A DNA stretch of 64,000 bases from an uncultured Candidatus Rokubacteria bacterium. Its GTDB lineage: Bacteria; Methylomirabilota; Methylomirabilia; Rokubacteriales; DASRDR01. This document shows positions 1-11,047 of the stretch, piece after piece. The DNA lies in assembly GCA_963805625.1 (NCBI GenBank), contig CAWDVE010000010.1, positions 1,216,001-1,280,000 on the forward strand, read 5' to 3'. How positions within the stretch are numbered: the first letter of the stretch is position 1; each line of letters opens with the position of its first letter. The notes beneath the pieces were generated by a model. The model was not told the DNA's origin, searched no databases, and saw nothing but the letters and a program-made list of their open reading frames with translations. The position numbers and the translations under genes are program-made.

Positions 1-486
1 CACCTGGTCGCGCAAGCTGTCGACGGCGTCGTCACCTTCGATCACCGCGCGGGCCAGCTCCGGATCCCGGCGCACGAAGGCGTCCAGGCTCTTCCGCACC
101 ATCTCCTGGGCCAGCGCGGCCATCCGCGGGATGTCGATGAGCGGCTTGACCTGAGGCTCGTGGATCAGCGCCCGCGCCCGGAGCGCGATGCTCACGGCCT
201 GGTCGGCCATGCGCTCGAGATCGCTGTTGATCTTGATGGCGGCCACCAGGAAGCGGAGATCCGAGGCCATCGGCTGCTGGAGCGCGAGGCGGGTGAAGCA
301 GCGGTCGTCGACCTCGATGCAGAGGAGGTCCATCTCCTCCTCGTGGGCCAGGACCGCCTGCACCAGCGCCTCGTCCCGGTCCACGAGCGCCCGCACGCTC
401 TTGTGGATCATGGTCTCGGCCAGGCTCCCCATCGCGAGGAGCTTCTCCCGGATCGCCTGAAGCTCGACCTCGAAGTGTCGCTCCAT
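1..486 (-). CDS. phoU: Phosphate signalling protein PhoU (3' end beyond window edge)
   Basis: Minus strand reads MERHFEVELQAIREKLLAMGSLAETMIHKSVRAL...LALQQPMASDLRFLVAAIKINSDLERMADQAVSIA; GGAGG RBS; follows pstB. Confidence 0.95.
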   Translation of the reverse strand, partial: MERHFEVELQAIREKLLAMGSLAETMIHKSVRALVDRDEALVQAVLAHEEEMDLLCIEVDDRCFTRLALQQPMASDLRFLVAAIKINSDLERMADQAVSIALRARALIHEPQVKPLIDIPRMAALAQEMVRKSLDAFVRRDPELARAVIEGDDAVDSLRDQV

Positions 487-502
487 GGCCGTCCTCCGCG
501 AC

Positions 503-1321
503 CTAGCCAAACCGGCCGGTGATGTAGGCCTCGGTCTTCGGGTCCTTCGGCATGGTGAACAGCTCCTTGGTCACCCCGAACTCGACCAGCTCGCCCAGGA
601 GCATGAAGCCCGTATAGTCCGACACCCGGGCGGCCTGCTGCATGTTGTGGGTGACGATCACGATGGTGTAGCTCGACTTCAGCTCCCGCATCAGCTCCTC
701 GATCTTCGCCGTGGCGATGGGATCGAGCGCGGAGCACGGCTCGTCCATGAGGAGGACGTCGGGCTCGACGGCGATCGCGCGGGCGATGCACAGCCGCTGC
801 TGCTGCCCTCCCGAGAGGCTGAGTGCGCTCTCGTGCAGCCGATCCGACACTTCGTCCCACAGGGCCGCCGCACGGAGGCTTCGTTCGACGATGGCCTCCA
901 GCTCGCCGCGACTTCCGACGCCAAGAATGCGCGGACCGTACGCGACGTTCTCGAAGATGGACTTGGGGAACGGGTTTGACTTCTGGAACACCATGCCCAC
1001 GCGCTTGCGGAGCTCCGTCACGTCGAGCTTGGGATCGTTGATATCCATGCCGCCGATCCGGATCTGGCCGGTGACGCGAACGCCATCGACTAGATCGTTC
1101 ATCCGGTTCAGGCAGCGGAGAAGAGTGCTCTTCCCGCAGCCCGATGGTCCGATGTACGCCGTCACCCGCTGTTTGGGAATGGACATGCTGATGTCCTTGA
1201 GCGCCTGCTTCAGCCCGTACCACAGATTGACGTGCTCGATCTCGACCATGGGCATCTCCATGACCGATGGCACGGATGCTTGCGGGTTCAGGCCCACAGC
1301 GATCTGGACGTTCCCGGTCAT
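503..1321 (-). CDS. pstB: Phosphate ABC transporter ATP-binding protein
   Basis: Walker [40 protein letters not shown]-terminal YITGRFG. Confidence 0.97.
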   Translation of the reverse strand: MTGNVQIAVGLNPQASVPSVMEMPMVEIEHVNLWYGLKQALKDISMSIPKQRVTAYIGPSGCGKSTLLRCLNRMNDLVDGVRVTGQIRIGGMDINDPKLDVTELRKRVGMVFQKSNPFPKSIFENVAYGPRILGVGSRGELEAIVERSLRAAALWDEVSDRLHESALSLSGGQQQRLCIARAIAVEPDVLLMDEPCSALDPIATAKIEELMRELKSSYTIVIVTHNMQQAARVSDYTGFMLLGELVEFGVTKELFTMPKDPKTEAYITGRFG

Positions 1322-1330
1322 GATTATCTC

Positions 1331-2932
1331 CTAGACGGCGGCCGTCGCATACTTCCGGCGGAGTCGGTTGCGCATGCTAATGGCGAAGAGGTTCAAGAGC
1401 ACGACGATCCCGAGCAGGAGCAGGGTCGTGGCGAAGACCATTGGACGCGCCGCGTCAACGTTGGGCGACTGAAATCCCACGTCATAGATGTGGAACCCCA
1501 GGTGCATGAACTTGCGGTCGAGGTGGACGAACGGCCAGAAGCCATCCACCGGCAAGGCGGGCGCCAGCTTGACGACGCCCGTGATCATCAGCGGCGCCAC
1601 CTCGCCGGCAGCGCGAGCCATGGCCAGGATGAGACCGGTCAGGATCGACGGCATGACGGCCGGCAGCACCACTCGCAGCGTCGTCTCGAGCTTCGTGGCG
1701 CTCAGCGCCAGCGAGGCCTCGCGTATGCCGCCCGGAATTGCCGCCAGCCCCTCCTCGGTGGCGACGATGACGACCGGCACGGTCAGGAGTGCCAGCGTCA
1801 GGGACGCCCAGAGGATGCCACCGGTCCCAAAGGTCGGCGTGGGGAGCGCCTCCGGAAAGAACAGGTGGTCGATGGAGCCCCCGACGACGTAGATGAAGAA
1901 GCCGACCCCGAACACACCGAAGACGATCGACGGCACCCCGGCCAGGTTGTTCACGGCGATGCGCACCGCGCTCACGAACGTACCCTGCTTCGCGTACTCC
2001 CGGAGGTAGAAGGCCGCGAGCACTCCCAGCGGCGTCACGAGCACACTCATGATCATGACCATCATGACGGTACCGAAGATCGCCGGGAACACGCCGCCCT
2101 CGGTGTTCGCCTCGCGAGGGTCGTCGGCGACGAACTGCCAGGCCTTCGCCGCGTAGTGAGCCACCTTGGCGCCGGTCCCCATGGCGTTCGGGAAGTAGAC
2201 GTCGACGACCTGCGCCAGAGGAAGCGCCTTCTCCTTCCCGTCGTCGGCCGTGACGACCACCATGTCGGTCTGCTTCGTCCGCAGCTCAGCCAGGCGCGCT
2301 TCCTGAACTCGGTAGCGCTCCTGCTGCGTGGCGAGCTCCTGCTGGAGCGCCGTGACCTCCGGCCCCGACGTGACCCCTCGAAGCTCCAGGCCTCGGAGCT
2401 TCAGCCGAATCTGCTCCTGGGCATAGTTGATCCGCCCGATGTCACCCTTCTCGATGCGCCTGATCTCCGTCCGGACCCCGCTCGCCCCCGGAAGCCGCTT
2501 CTCCACTTCCGGCCAGCTCGCCTGGGGTCCGGAGGCCACGATCTGGTCGCCGCGCCGGACTTCCTTGATCGTTCCGATCAGCGCGCCCCACTCGGTCCGT
2601 TCGATCACCACCGCTTCAGTGGGGTAGTCACGCGTGACGATCTGGCTCTCGTCGACCCACTGGAAGTCGGCGCCGTAGAGGTCGCGGTTGGCCACCTTGA
2701 GCTTGATCCGGTACTGGCCCAGCTTGCCTGGGATGGGCTCGCGGTCGGCCAACTGCCCGGTCACGATCTTGCCGTCGCGGAGAGTGGCGCGCAGCACGTT
2801 CTTGGGCCAGAAAAACCCGAGCCCGTTATGGAGGATGAGCCCGATGAGCCCGGCCACCAAAAGGAGCGAGAGCGCCAACGCTCCGCCCGTCAGCCAGATG
2901 AACGGCTCCCCGCTTCGCCACAGCTTCCTCAT
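1331..2932 (-). CDS. pstA: Phosphate ABC transporter permease PstA (long form with periplasmic/coiled-coil insertion)
   Basis: PREANTEGGVFPAIFGT, NNLAGVPSIVFG, ARAAGEVAPL; ATG at 2932 overlaps the pstC stop (ATGA). Confidence 0.93.
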   Translation of the reverse strand: MRKLWRSGEPFIWLTGGALALSLLLVAGLIGLILHNGLGFFWPKNVLRATLRDGKIVTGQLADREPIPGKLGQYRIKLKVANRDLYGADFQWVDESQIVTRDYPTEAVVIERTEWGALIGTIKEVRRGDQIVASGPQASWPEVEKRLPGASGVRTEIRRIEKGDIGRINYAQEQIRLKLRGLELRGVTSGPEVTALQQELATQQERYRVQEARLAELRTKQTDMVVVTADDGKEKALPLAQVVDVYFPNAMGTGAKVAHYAAKAWQFVADDPREANTEGGVFPAIFGTVMMVMIMSVLVTPLGVLAAFYLREYAKQGTFVSAVRIAVNNLAGVPSIVFGVFGVGFFIYVVGGSIDHLFFPEALPTPTFGTGGILWASLTLALLTVPVVIVATEEGLAAIPGGIREASLALSATKLETTLRVVLPAVMPSILTGLILAMARAAGEVAPLMITGVVKLAPALPVDGFWPFVHLDRKFMHLGFHIYDVGFQSPNVDAARPMVFATTLLLLGIVVLLNLFAISMRNRLRRKYATAAV

Positions 2933-5226
2933 AGGTACCGGAATTTCCTTCTGAGCTTCAGGCGCACCAGCTCGGCTACCGTGTTGAGCGCGAAGGTCAA
3001 GCAGAACAGCAGGAGCGCAGCAAGAAAGAGCACACGGTAGAGCGTGCCTTGCTCCGGAGCCTCGGGCAGCTCCACGGCGATGTTGGCGGACAGGGCGCGG
3101 AAGCCGTTGAAGATGCTCCAGTCCATGACCGGCGTGTTGCCGGTCGCCATCAGGACGATCATGGTCTCGCCCACTGCGCGCCCGAAGCCGATCATGATCG
3201 CCGAGAAGATGCCGGGGCTCGCGGTCGGCAGGACGATCCGGAGCGCGGTCTGCCACCGGTTGGCTCCCAGCGCCAGCGATCCCGCGCGGAGGTGGCCCGG
3301 AACGTTGGCGAGCGAGTCCTCCGCGATCGTGAAGATGATCGGAATGACGGCAAAGCCCATGGCGATGCCCACCACCAGGGAGTTTCGCTGATCGTAGGTC
3401 AGGCCGAGGGCCGAGAGCAGCCAGCCGCGGTAGTTGCCCCCGAGCAGGAGGACATCGATCAGGTTCCCCAGGACGAGCGCGAGCCACATCCCGGCCACGA
3501 CCACGGGAATCAGCAGGAACACCTCGCTTCCAGCCTTGACCCGTCCGCGGATCCGGATCGGCACCGCCTGCCACGCGAGCAGGCCCAGGACGATCACGAT
3601 CGGGAGCACGAGGGGGACGAGGAACAGTCCGGGCACGATCCGCTCGACCATCGGGGCGAGCCAGAGACCAGCCAGGAAACCGAGGACGACGCTGGGCAGC
3701 GCCGCCATGATCTCGACGACCGGCTTGACGTAGGCCTTGAGGTTCGGGTGCATGAACTCGCTGACGTACACCGCGGCCAGGAGCGCCAGCGGCACGGCGA
3801 TGAGGAGGGCGTAGAACGTCCCCTTGAGCGTCCCGTAGATCAAGGGCGTCAGGCTGAACTTGGCCTCGAAGTCGTCGGTCCCGCCAGTGGACTGCCATAC
3901 GTAGTCGGGCTGGGAGTACCCCTCGTACCACACCTTGCCGAAGAGGGTCCGCCAGGTGATCTCCGGGTGAGGGTTGTCCAGCTGCCACTGCGACACCGTC
4001 CCGCTGTCGTCGAGCGTCACGATTCCGTCTGCCTTCGGCGTGATCGCCACGCTGCGCAGCGTCGCCCCCACCGCCTTCAGCGACAGCAAGGTCTGGCCCG
4101 AGGTGCCGTAGTTGAGGTGCACCTGGCCGGTCGCGTCGGCGGTCGCGAAGCCCTTCTCGCGCTTCGACGCACTGATGTCGATGACGGCCCCCTTCTGCCG
4201 CTCGAACTGGTAGACCCGTGTCAGACGCCGCTCGCCGCCTCCCGGCGGCGGAACGATCTGCCAGGTCGAGACCCCGCCGGATGCGTCGCCGACAACCAGC
4301 GTCCGGTCGCCGATGAGGAGGCCGAGCGCCGTCACCGCAACACCGGGGCGAGTGGTCACGTCCGTCACCTCGACCCTGGCGGGGCTGGCCGGGTCCCGGA
4401 GGTCATAGCGAACCACCTGACCCTGGGAGGTCCCGATGAACAGATCCTCGGCGCGTCCGTCCAGCGCGAGCTTCGTGACCCCTCCGTCGATCTCCAGGTT
4501 GAGCGTCTGCCGCGACTCCTCACGGGTGCTGGGGCCGATCAGGGCCTTCTTCTCGACCGTCGCGTGGACCACCAGCTCCGCGGGACCGACCTGCGCGATC
4601 GAGATGGGCCCGGAACCGGGAACCGCGGAGGTCAGTGTCCGGATCGGCCGTTTCCGCTCCGGGTCGAGGGCGGATGGCTCACCGAAGACCGGCCGTGGCG
4701 TCACGGTGCGCTCCCCACCAAGGAACGCGGCCTCGAAGTTCATCTCGAGGGGAATCACGCGCCCATCCGACGTACCGATGGCGTAGCGCGAGTGCCCTCC
4801 ATATCCGATGGCCGAGACTTGAGCACCATCTAGACCAACGATGGGAACCGGCGGCAAGGCGCGACCGTCCTTCAAGCTCAGGAGCTGAAGCAGGCCACGC
4901 CGGTCGATCCCGTACGCGATCGCGCGATACTCGTCGACCCCGAGGCCCTCGCTGCCGGCCAGCCGCCACGCCGCTGCCGGATCGGTGGCGGGGTAGGACC
5001 GGACCAGCGTTGCCGTCGGCACCTTGAACAAGGGGTAGACCTCGGCGACGATGACGAAAAGGATGGCGAGGATGGCGGCGATGATGACGAGGCCACCCAC
5101 GACGACCAGGCGCGACGCCCACTGATCAAGACGGATACGGCGACTGGTTCGGGCCGCAGAGACGACCAGCGGGCGGGCCGGTGCTGCCGGCCCGCCCGCC
5201 CCGAGGGTCTCGAGATTGACGGCCAT
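2929..5226 (-). CDS. pstC: Phosphate ABC transporter permease PstC (long form with large periplasmic domain)
   Basis: KPVVEIMAALPSVVLG, GRAVGETMIVLMATGN, ANIAVELPEA; operon position. Confidence 0.93.
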   Translation of the reverse strand: MAVNLETLGAGGPAAPARPLVVSAARTSRRIRLDQWASRLVVVGGLVIIAAILAILFVIVAEVYPLFKVPTATLVRSYPATDPAAAWRLAGSEGLGVDEYRAIAYGIDRRGLLQLLSLKDGRALPPVPIVGLDGAQVSAIGYGGHSRYAIGTSDGRVIPLEMNFEAAFLGGERTVTPRPVFGEPSALDPERKRPIRTLTSAVPGSGPISIAQVGPAELVVHATVEKKALIGPSTREESRQTLNLEIDGGVTKLALDGRAEDLFIGTSQGQVVRYDLRDPASPARVEVTDVTTRPGVAVTALGLLIGDRTLVVGDASGGVSTWQIVPPPGGGERRLTRVYQFERQKGAVIDISASKREKGFATADATGQVHLNYGTSGQTLLSLKAVGATLRSVAITPKADGIVTLDDSGTVSQWQLDNPHPEITWRTLFGKVWYEGYSQPDYVWQSTGGTDDFEAKFSLTPLIYGTLKGTFYALLIAVPLALLAAVYVSEFMHPNLKAYVKPVVEIMAALPSVVLGFLAGLWLAPMVERIVPGLFLVPLVLPIVIVLGLLAWQAVPIRIRGRVKAGSEVFLLIPVVVAGMWLALVLGNLIDVLLLGGNYRGWLLSALGLTYDQRNSLVVGIAMGFAVIPIIFTIAEDSLANVPGHLRAGSLALGANRWQTALRIVLPTASPGIFSAIMIGFGRAVGETMIVLMATGNTPVMDWSIFNGFRALSANIAVELPEAPEQGTLYRVLFLAALLLFCLTFALNTVAELVRLKLRRKFRYL

Positions 5227-6198
5227 CTACTGGATCTTGCCCAGCTCTTCCTTGGCAATCTGGGCCGGGATCGGGAAGTAGCCGTCCTTGACGACGACCT
5301 CCTGGCCTTCCTTGGAGAGGATCAGCTTGGCGAATTCGCGAGTGAGGGGATCCAAGGTCTTCCCGGGCGCCTTGTTCACGTAGACGAAGAGGAATCGGGC
5401 CAGCGGGTAGGAGCCGGCGTAGGCGTTGTCCGCGGTGGCTTCCTCGCACTTGCCGCCGGCCTTGTCCGCGAGCGGCACCGGGCGGACGCCGGCCGTCGCG
5501 TAGCCGATGCCACTGTACCCCACAGCATAGCGGTCCACGGTCACGCCCTGGACAACCGCCGCCGACCCAGGCTGCTCCTTGACCTCGTCTTTGTAGTCGC
5601 CGTTCTTGAGGACGTGCTCCTTGAAGAACCCGTAGGTTCCGGAGGCCGAGTTACGCCCGTAGAGACTGATGGGCCTGCTGGCCCATTCGCCGGTCAACCC
5701 AAGCTGGCCCCAGGTCTTGACATCCTCCTTGTAGCCGGCACGGCGCGATTTCGAGAACACCGAATCGACTTGGGCCATCGTCAGGCACTTGATCGGATTG
5801 TCCTTGTTGACGAAGACCGCCAACGCGTCAACCGAGGTACGGATCGGTGTCGGCTTGTAGCCGTACTTCTTCTCGAACTGGTCGACCTCGGTGCCCTTCA
5901 TCTCGCGAGACATGGGACCGAGCTGCGCCGTGCCGGAGATGAGCGCCGGCGGCGCCGTCGACGAGCCCTTGCCTTCGATCTGGATCTTGGCATTCGGGTA
6001 GAACTTGTTGAATTGCTCGGCCCAGAGCGTCATCAGGTTATTCAGCGTGTCGGAGCCGATGCTCGACACGTTGCCGCTGACACCGCTCGTCGCCTTGTAC
6101 GAGACGAGGGCTGGGTCCACCTGGACCTGGGCCGCGGCGGGCCCCGCACCTAGGATGGCCACCACGGCGACGGCCGCGACGATCGCTCGGGTCTTCAT
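5227..6198 (-). CDS. pstS: Phosphate ABC transporter substrate-binding protein
   Basis: Signal peptide; GSDTL, GKGSSTA, GRNSASGTY, YSGIGY, YPLARFLFVY; GAGGAGG RBS. Confidence 0.96.
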   Translation of the reverse strand: MKTRAIVAAVAVVAILGAGPAAAQVQVDPALVSYKATSGVSGNVSSIGSDTLNNLMTLWAEQFNKFYPNAKIQIEGKGSSTAPPALISGTAQLGPMSREMKGTEVDQFEKKYGYKPTPIRTSVDALAVFVNKDNPIKCLTMAQVDSVFSKSRRAGYKEDVKTWGQLGLTGEWASRPISLYGRNSASGTYGFFKEHVLKNGDYKDEVKEQPGSAAVVQGVTVDRYAVGYSGIGYATAGVRPVPLADKAGGKCEEATADNAYAGSYPLARFLFVYVNKAPGKTLDPLTREFAKLILSKEGQEVVVKDGYFPIPAQIAKEELGKIQ

Positions 6199-6241
6199 GC
6201 GCTCCTCCTCATCTAATGTTGATGCTGGGCGTGTCGGTCGC

Positions 6242-6277
6242 GTTACCTTTGCGTAACATCGGTGTTACGGGGGTTAC
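6242..6277 (-). promoter_or_regulatory. Putative Pho-box array upstream of pstS
   Basis: Plus-strand pentamers GTTAC (6242), GTAAC (6253), GTTAC (6264) at an 11-bp period, plus an extra GTTAC at 6273. Confidence 0.7.
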
Positions 6278-7017
6278 CGGCCGGACTCCCGGTAGCGGTA
6301 TCCCACGCCCCGGACGGTCTCGATGGCAGGCTCCGGAAGACGAGCCGCCACGAACTTCGCGCGGAGGCGCGCGAGGTGCACGTCGACCGTCCGGGGCTCG
6401 ACGAAGCCGTCCCGACCCCACACGAGGTCCAGGAGCTCGTCCCGCCCGTAGACCCGGCCCGGTTCGGCGGCCAGCGTCGCGAGCAGCTCGAACTCCTTCG
6501 GGGTGAGCCCCACCGGGCGTCCGCCCACCGTGACCTCGAACCGCTGCCGGTCCACCACGAGGTCGCCGACCTTGATGCGGTGGCGGCGCTCCTCGATCTC
6601 CGGCGGCCGGGTCCTCCGGACGACGGCGCGCACGCGGGCGACCAGCTCGCGGGTCGAGAAGGGCTTCGTCACGTAGTCGTCGGCCCCCAGCTCGAAGCCG
6701 AGCACCTTGTCGCCTTCCTCGGATCGGGCGGTGAGCATGATGACGGGCACGGCGCGCGTGGCGGGGTCCTGCTTGAGCCTCCGGCATAGCTCCCACCCGT
6801 TCACCTGGGGGAGCATGAGGTCGAGCAGCACCAGGTCGGGCCGGCCCTCCTGCGCCTGACGGAGCGCATCGGCGCCGTTCGCCGCGACGACGACCTCGAA
6901 CCCTTCTCGGGCCAGTGTGTACCGGATCAGCTCGGCGACATCCCGCTCGTCCTCGGCCACCAGCACGCGGGCTGCAGGACGGCGGCTCGGTCCGTCAGCC
7001 GGCCGTCGCGCGGTCAT
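6274..7017 (-). CDS. phoB: OmpR/PhoB-family response regulator, probably PhoB/PhoP
   Basis: Receiver LVAEDE...LLDLMLP...MLTAR...GADDYVTKPFS and wHTH RTVDVHLARLRAK...TVRGVGY; directly upstream of pstS. Confidence 0.88.
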   Translation of the reverse strand: MTARRPADGPSRRPAARVLVAEDERDVAELIRYTLAREGFEVVVAANGADALRQAQEGRPDLVLLDLMLPQVNGWELCRRLKQDPATRAVPVIMLTARSEEGDKVLGFELGADDYVTKPFSTRELVARVRAVVRRTRPPEIEERRHRIKVGDLVVDRQRFEVTVGGRPVGLTPKEFELLATLAAEPGRVYGRDELLDLVWGRDGFVEPRTVDVHLARLRAKFVAARLPEPAIETVRGVGYRYRESGR

Positions 7018-7027
7018 CTCGCTCGTA

Positions 7028-7399
7028 TCACCCGTGATCCGCATCCGTGAGCGAGTCTCGCGTCTCGGCGTTGCGCCCGAATGACGGCAAGGTAAATTCT
7101 GGGTGACCTCCTGCCCGCGACCGCCCGGGAATGTCCCGCGGTCGCTGCCGACCGACGGTCGCCCCATCCGGGCCGAGGCGGCGGGGCCATCTAACGCGCA
7201 CGGAGACGTGATTGACCCGGACCTTCTGGGTGAACGTGATCTCGATCACCAGGAAATCGGTGGGGTGCACCGTGACGGTCTCGTGCCCCGTCAGGACGCC
7301 GAGCTCGCCCATCAGGAGGCCCTGAGCGAGCTGCGCAAGATAGAAGGCCGCGGCGTCGCGACGGGCTCGGCCCCGGAACTGGGACGGGATGGATACCAC
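7028..7399 (-). CDS. Amphi-Trp domain-like small protein
   Basis: RRDAAAFYLAQLAQGLLMGELGVLTGHETVTVHPTDFLVIEI...VSVRVRW matches the amphipathic helix plus terminal Trp pattern; the tail after the Trp may be non-conserved read-through. Confidence 0.65.
   Translation of the reverse strand: MVSIPSQFRGRARRDAAAFYLAQLAQGLLMGELGVLTGHETVTVHPTDFLVIEITFTQKVRVNHVSVRVRWPRRLGPDGATVGRQRPRDIPGRSRAGGHPEFTLPSFGRNAETRDSLTDADHG
7054..7107 (-). promoter_or_regulatory. Putative Pho-box array and -10 upstream of the phoB-like gene (autoregulation)
   Basis: Minus-strand GTCAC-N6-TTTAC-N6-GTCAT-N6-GCAAC (plus coordinates 7103, 7092, 7081, 7070), then 10 nt and GAGACT. Confidence 0.7.
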
Positions 7400-7411
7400 C
7401 GGTCCACCTTG

Positions 7412-7438
7412 GTTCCGGATGTATTACCCACCCATTAC
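7412..7438 (-). promoter_or_regulatory. Putative Pho-box array upstream of the amphi-Trp gene
   Basis: Minus-strand GTAAT-N6-GTAAT-N6-GGAAC (plus coordinates 7434, 7423, 7412). Confidence 0.55.
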
Positions 7439-7485
7439 GCGATCCCCAAGTTTCCGCGACGGTGGACAACATGGTGGATATCGGC

Positions 7486-7501
7486 GTCACGAAAACGTAA
7501 T
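7486..7501 (+). promoter_or_regulatory. Putative Pho box upstream of ppx-ppk
   Basis: GTCAC-N6-GTAAT at 7486 and 7497. Confidence 0.5.
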
Positions 7502-7593
7502 GGAAACGGCCTCCTGGGCCGCCGTACCCTCGGGCGGTGCCCCCGCCGGGCGGGAGTTGTCGCGGCGACGCCGGCCGGGTAGCATCGAGGTCC

Positions 7594-8514
7594 GTGGCTG
7601 GCGATCTGGTCGCCCTCGTAGAGCTGGGCTCAAACGCGGTTCGCCTGTTGGTGGCGCGACTGGGACCCGGCGTGGGGTTCGAGGTGCTCGAGGAAAAGCG
7701 GGTTCAGACGCGGCTCGGAAGCGGCCGCCCTGGCGTGCTCCAGGCCGATTCGATCGCGCGGACCGTCGCCGCGGTGCACCAGTTCCTCGCCCGGGCCCGC
7801 CGCGACCGGGATCCGCGGGTCATCGCCGTCGCGACGGCCGCCGTGCGGGACGCCTCGAACCGCGAGCGTCTCCTAGGCCCGCTCCGGCGAAGGGACGGCG
7901 TCGAGGTCCGGATCCTCAGCGGGCGCGAGGAGGCGCTACTCGGCGCCCTCGCCGTGCAGTCGAGCCTCCATCTAGAGGACGGGCTGGTCGCCGACCTCGG
8001 CGGCGGCAGTCTCCAGCTGACGCGCCTTCGCAAGGGACACGTGGCCTCGACCTCCGCGGTGCCGATCGGCGCGGTGCGGATGACCCAGCGGTACCTGCGG
8101 GGCGACCCGCCCGTCCCTCGCGAGCTCCGAGATCTCCGGACCGAGGTGCGCACCCGCCTCGCCAAGGCCCTCCCGCCGGCGGAGCGGGGCGAGGAGATCG
8201 TCGCGCTCGGGGGCACCGTGCGGACGCTGGGGCGCATCCACCTCGCCGCCCGGGGAGAGGAGCACCGGTCGCGTCACGGCCTCCGGCTCCAACAGCCGGA
8301 CATCGCGCGAATCCGTGTCCGGCTCGAGTCCTTGCCGCTCCGGAAGCGGCGTCAGGTGCCGGGGCTCCGGGCGGAGCGGGCGGACATCATCGTGGCCGGC
8401 GCGATCGTGATCGAGGAGCTCATGACGTTCGGCGGCTACTACGGCTTGACCATCTGCAAGCAGGGCGTGCGCGACGCCCTGCTGCTTCGCGAGACATTCG
8501 CCGAAGAGGGTTGA
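7594..8514 (+). CDS. ppx: Ppx/GppA-family exopolyphosphatase (short form, no HD domain)
   Basis: ELGSNAVR, VATAAVRDASN, ILSGREEA, DLGGGSLQ, GGTVR, RADII, GVRDA; start chosen at GTG 7594 (ORF open from 7537). Confidence 0.9.
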   Translation: MAGDLVALVELGSNAVRLLVARLGPGVGFEVLEEKRVQTRLGSGRPGVLQADSIARTVAAVHQFLARARRDRDPRVIAVATAAVRDASNRERLLGPLRRRDGVEVRILSGREEALLGALAVQSSLHLEDGLVADLGGGSLQLTRLRKGHVASTSAVPIGAVRMTQRYLRGDPPVPRELRDLRTEVRTRLAKALPPAERGEEIVALGGTVRTLGRIHLAARGEEHRSRHGLRLQQPDIARIRVRLESLPLRKRRQVPGLRAERADIIVAGAIVIEELMTFGGYYGLTICKQGVRDALLLRETFAEEG

Positions 8515-8519
8515 GGGAC

Positions 8520-10574
<2,055 letters not shown>

Positions 10575-10616
10575 ACGCAGTGCCGGGTAACCTCGCCGCC
10601 GAACAGGCGGCCGAGC

Positions 10617-10648
10617 GTCATCGACTTGTAACACTCAGGGACTAGGCT
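10617..10648 (+). promoter_or_regulatory. Putative Pho box and -10 upstream of the 72-aa ORF
   Basis: GTCAT (10617)-N6-GTAAC (10628), then exactly 10 nt and TAGGCT (10643). Confidence 0.6.
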
Positions 10649-10654
10649 GCTCGT

Positions 10655-10873
10655 GTGGACGCGCTCCCCGGGATGCTGCGCGAGCTGGCCCTCTACGGTC
10701 TCGTGGTCCTGGCCTTCCTCGGGCCGATCGAGGCGTTCCTGCGCTTCCGTCTCCGGCAAGCGACACACCGAGGTGACCCGCGCGGCTATCTGGCCGTGGC
10801 CGATCCCTGGGTGACCGTGGTCATTGCGCTCGCCGGAGCCGGCGCCATGATCCTGGTCAGCGCCCTGTCCTGA
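10655..10873 (+). CDS. Small hypothetical membrane protein (two hydrophobic segments)
   Basis: 72 aa with hydrophobic stretches LALYGLVVLAFLGPI and WVTVVIALAGAGAMILVSAL; fills the gap; dedicated promoter-like motif. Confidence 0.55.
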   Translation: MDALPGMLRELALYGLVVLAFLGPIEAFLRFRLRQATHRGDPRGYLAVADPWVTVVIALAGAGAMILVSALS

Positions 10874-10910
10874 TCGCCCGTCGTTCTCGTCGTCGCGCCG
10901 CCCGGATCCG

Positions 10911-10964
10911 GTAGCCGAGATGTGACCTTCCCGTCATCCTGCCTCAACGCGCCGTCGGTACGGT
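10911..10964 (+). promoter_or_regulatory. Putative Pho-box array and -10 upstream of the alpha/beta hydrolase
   Basis: GTAGC (10911), GTGAC (10922), GTCAT (10933), TCAAC (10944), then 10 nt and TACGGT (10959). Confidence 0.6.
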
Positions 10965-11047
10965 TCGGTGCGGACACGGCCCGTCGAGCGAACGGCCCGG
11001 CGACGCGGAAACCGGCACGAGCGCCCGAACGAGGGCAGGAGGACGGC

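Noticed and set aside
1232-4833. Long antisense ORFs (for example 1232-3040, 3049-4833, 46637-49015, 56477-58348)
   Set aside because: Shadow frames of real genes, expected in high-GC DNA; Arg/Pro/Gly-rich with no family motifs
2929-5226. Unusually long PstC and PstA as a novelty
   Set aside because: Long forms with periplasmic insertions are already known from Pseudomonas/Vibrio-type pst operons
7389-8519. N-terminal extension making a 1061-aa Ppk (likewise 885-aa PstA, 1206-aa EtfB, 858-aa OYE)
   Set aside because: The extensions overlap genuine upstream genes in another frame; family homology begins at the internal starts used here
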